DNA from: Nitrospinota bacterium
GTDB taxonomy: Bacteria > Nitrospinota_A > UBA7883 > JACRLM01
Reading direction: 5' to 3'
Assembly: GCA_016235255.1 (NCBI GenBank)
Contig: JACRLM010000066.1
Span: 4,179-68,178 of the forward strand
Length of the DNA: 64,000 nt
This document shows positions 62,601-64,000 of the stretch, piece by piece. The translations under genes were made by a program, and so were the position numbers. The notes under the pieces were generated by a model that made no database searches, had not been told where the DNA came from, and saw only the letters and a program-made list of their open reading frames with translations. How positions within the stretch are numbered: the first letter of the stretch is position 1; each line of letters begins with the position of its first letter.

Positions 62601-62856
62601 TATGGGTGTGAAGGGGGCTGGAATATTTGACAATTTCTTCGACCTGGGTGGCCACTCCATAAAAGCGGCGCAACTGGCCTCGCGCATTCGCAAGGAGTTC
62701 GGCGTGGAGATGCCCCCCAATTCCATATTCGAAAATCCGACGGTGGAGAGTATCTGCCAGGCCATGGAAACGGTGAAACAGGCGGCTCCCGGCAATGGTG
62801 GACAGATGATTGGCAAAGCCCCGCGCGGCCGCAAGCCGGCCGTGATGGACAGTTGA
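59677..62856 (+). CDS. NRPS module: C(DCL-type)-A-PCP
   Basis: 8-nt overlap with the upstream gene. MYPLSPMQEGMLYH, SHIVMDGWG. A: LKAGGLYLPCDP, YLIYTSGSTGVPKGA, NNYGPTECAVAA, YRTGDMARW. The hand-extracted code DAWFVGNVAK is closest to the Leu code DAWFLGNVVK. PCP: LGGHSIKAA (Ser 62656). Confidence 0.93.
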   Translation: MISKENLKDMYPLSPMQEGMLYHAVADRDSRAYFEQISFRISGELDIGKFMEAWTEIFRRHDILRTAFLLEKASRPLQIVLKERKPGFSVDDISAEPEEEKERTVIRFREEDKQRGFDLARDPLMRFRVIVLGGGRFEVIWSLSHIVMDGWGISLAHTEFFEIYTALKEGRAHTLPPAPPYSRFIQWLEERDKRASLDYWEKYLADYQTAVSIPKLPGAPNGKEFAVAIHSSTLGAERVRKVEQLAAAHAVTPNMVFQAALSVALCMYNGVDDAVFGSVVSGRPPELPGAEKTLGLFINTIPVRGSVDWDSGLDVLLKRLMKSGVESAPHHHSFLGEVIGRSTPGRDLISALLIFENYPLDALTMLPSTGFDIIRTKRFEMTTSDFNVVVIPGGDMRVDYHYNQNVHSAAQVERTASHLVKILDFAIEGASRPLSMLKVMDDEEMNAVTIGFQGKSAAIPEGKTVDAMFTDSALKHGDRIAAMDGAGEVTYQRLDRMANGVARALIEKASVGKGDVVAAVVHRSRWLAASFMGILKAGGLYLPCDPDLPAERIRFMMRDSACKAVIVDDAGVAAQLADGGVPVIMTDDIKESPAQSAAAADPEEPAYLIYTSGSTGVPKGALISHRAAINLSMWHNRFYKVDENSRGTLHASPSFDASVWETLPYLFAGASLCAVEGETRTDMAKLASFYQDKRITHSFLPPALLTQFLEENGGSLAGKITIVTGGETLKRAGDGSVLVANNYGPTECAVAATAVCLDEPRLRECIPIGRPIDNVKVYILDSRMRPVPIGAIGEIYIGGAGVGNGYVNRPELTAAAFAPGPFENGAKLYRTGDMARWRDDGLIDFTGRRDGQVKIRGNRVETGEIEKLLEGHATVTSAAVVARDDGAGSKELAAFYVSGKEEDVADLRAHLASRVPEYMIPSMFIRMEKLPLASSGKVDRSALEAAAIAAARPQKQGGAPRNPAETRMLEIWAGVMGVKGAGIFDNFFDLGGHSIKAAQLASRIRKEFGVEMPPNSIFENPTVESICQAMETVKQAAPGNGGQMIGKAPRGRKPAVMDS

Positions 62857-62900
62857 CCGGCGGCGGTGAAAGTTATCAAAAAAAACAATCGAAGCACAGG

Positions 62901-64000
62901 ATGACGATGAGCGAAGAGACGGTTGAAACATTCGTGTTTCCCATGTCCTATTCCCAAAGGAGGCTGTGGTTCCTCGAACAGATGGAGCCGGGCTCGGCGG
63001 CCTACCATATTCCGGCCGCCCTTTTAATGGAAGGAAAGCTGGACACAGCAGCGTTGGAAAAGAGTCTCAAGGCGATCGTGGAGCGCCATGAACCTTTGCG
63101 CACCACTTTCAAAATGGTGGAAGGGGAACCGTGCCAGGTGATCGGCTCCAAAGCGGACGTTTCCATTTCAATCATGGACGCGGCGCAGTGGCCTGAGGGG
63201 GAGAGGATGGACATTATACGCCGCCTGGTCGCCGAAAAGTCCGCCCGTCCGTTCGACCTTGCCGCCGGGCCGCTTCTGCGGGTCACCCTGATAAAGGCAG
63301 GCGAAAACAAAAGTGTGCTGGCCCTGGTTATGCATCATATCATTTCCGACGGGTGGTCCATGGGGGTGTTGATAAAGGAGTTTTCGGAGAATTATTCCGC
63401 CTTCGTCTCCGGTCAGGAGCCGCAAACGCCGGAGCTTGCCATCCAGTACGCCGATTACTCCGAGTGGCAGCGTGGAATGCTTGAGGGGGATGCATGGGCC
63501 GGCATGCTCGAATACTGGAAAAACACGCTCCACGGCGCGCCGCCGTTTCTGGACTTGCCCGCGGACAGGCAACGCTCTCCACTCAAGACATACAACGGCG
63601 CCATGGAGAGGTTTAACATCGGAGCCGGGACTTTCAGCAAGCTCGACACCCTTTGCCGGGGGAATTCGGCCTCGCTATTCATGTGTTTGTTCGCGGCCTT
63701 TTCCGCTCTTGTGTCCAGGTACACGCAAAAGGAGGACATGGTCCTGGCCACACTTCTGGCCAACAGGAACAGGGAAGAGCTTGAGCCGATAATCGGTTTT
63801 TTCGTGAACACGCTTCCACTGCGGCTGGACATGTCCGGCGATCCATCTTTCCAGCAATTGCTGGAGAAGGCCCGCCGCGTGTGCATGGACGCGTTCGCCC
63901 ATCAGGACGCCCCGTTTGACAAGCTTGTCGAATCGCTCAATCCCGAGCGCAATCTTGGCCATACGCCCATAGTCAACGTGATGATGACACTGCAGAATAC
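62901..64000 (+). CDS. NRPS, N-terminal part only (LCL-type C domain); continues beyond the window
   Basis: Not in the supplied ORF list because no stop falls in the window. ATG at 62901 gives MTMSEETVETFVFPMSYSQRRLWFLEQMEPGSAAYHIPAALLMEGKLD, with MHHIISDGWS near 63330 and the frame open to 64000. Confidence 0.88.
   Translation, partial: MTMSEETVETFVFPMSYSQRRLWFLEQMEPGSAAYHIPAALLMEGKLDTAALEKSLKAIVERHEPLRTTFKMVEGEPCQVIGSKADVSISIMDAAQWPEGERMDIIRRLVAEKSARPFDLAAGPLLRVTLIKAGENKSVLALVMHHIISDGWSMGVLIKEFSENYSAFVSGQEPQTPELAIQYADYSEWQRGMLEGDAWAGMLEYWKNTLHGAPPFLDLPADRQRSPLKTYNGAMERFNIGAGTFSKLDTLCRGNSASLFMCLFAAFSALVSRYTQKEDMVLATLLANRNREELEPIIGFFVNTLPLRLDMSGDPSFQQLLEKARRVCMDAFAHQDAPFDKLVESLNPERNLGHTPIVNVMMTLQN

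Overview
This is a GC-rich bacterial chromosomal segment. LPS core and lipid A genes (waaF-like, lpxL-like) indicate a diderm, but I cannot assign a lineage by eye. Bases 1 to ~21 kb are mostly housekeeping: a 5'-truncated rpoB and a complete rpoC with an intrinsic terminator; a ClC/CBS chloride channel; a small secreted haem-binding-domain (CxxCH) protein; a minus-strand hisB-hisH-lpxL-like-waaF string; an SspB-like ClpX adaptor ending in LRVVK; dsbD; a four-gene translationally coupled operon (GT2, GNAT, PIG-L-type deacetylase, polytopic membrane protein); and tRNA-Arg(UCU). From ~21.9 kb to the right edge lies a large hybrid NRPS-PKS lipopeptide cluster. It has a SyrD-type cyclic-peptide ABC exporter, an Sfp-type PPTase, and at least eight co-directional, mostly overlapping megasynthase genes covering more than 37 kb. 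The cluster runs off the window and no TE domain is seen. The deduced assembly line is FAAL-ACP-KS-DH-ACP-C-A-PCP | KS-AT-KR-CP | betaHD-C-A(Gly)-PCP | KS-AT-KR[MT inserted]-CP | betaHD-C-A-PCP-E | C-A[radical SAM + B12 inserted]-PCP-E | C-A-PCP | C-... The headline observation is in gene 53484..59684. Its adenylation domain is split between core motifs A2 and A3 by a roughly 550-aa insert that reads as a complete cobalamin-type (class B) radical SAM enzyme. The CxxxCxxC motif is at 55407..55430, and the B12-binding domain lies after rather than before the radical SAM core. I do not know of a described NRPS with this architecture. Secondary oddities are an AT-less, KR-less KS-DH module after the FAAL starter, a methyltransferase nested inside a KR Rossmann fold, and matched docking-domain pairs at every subunit junction. 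I saw no CRISPR array, transposase, integrase or rRNA. All calls come from reading translations and motifs by eye; no database search or HMM could be run.
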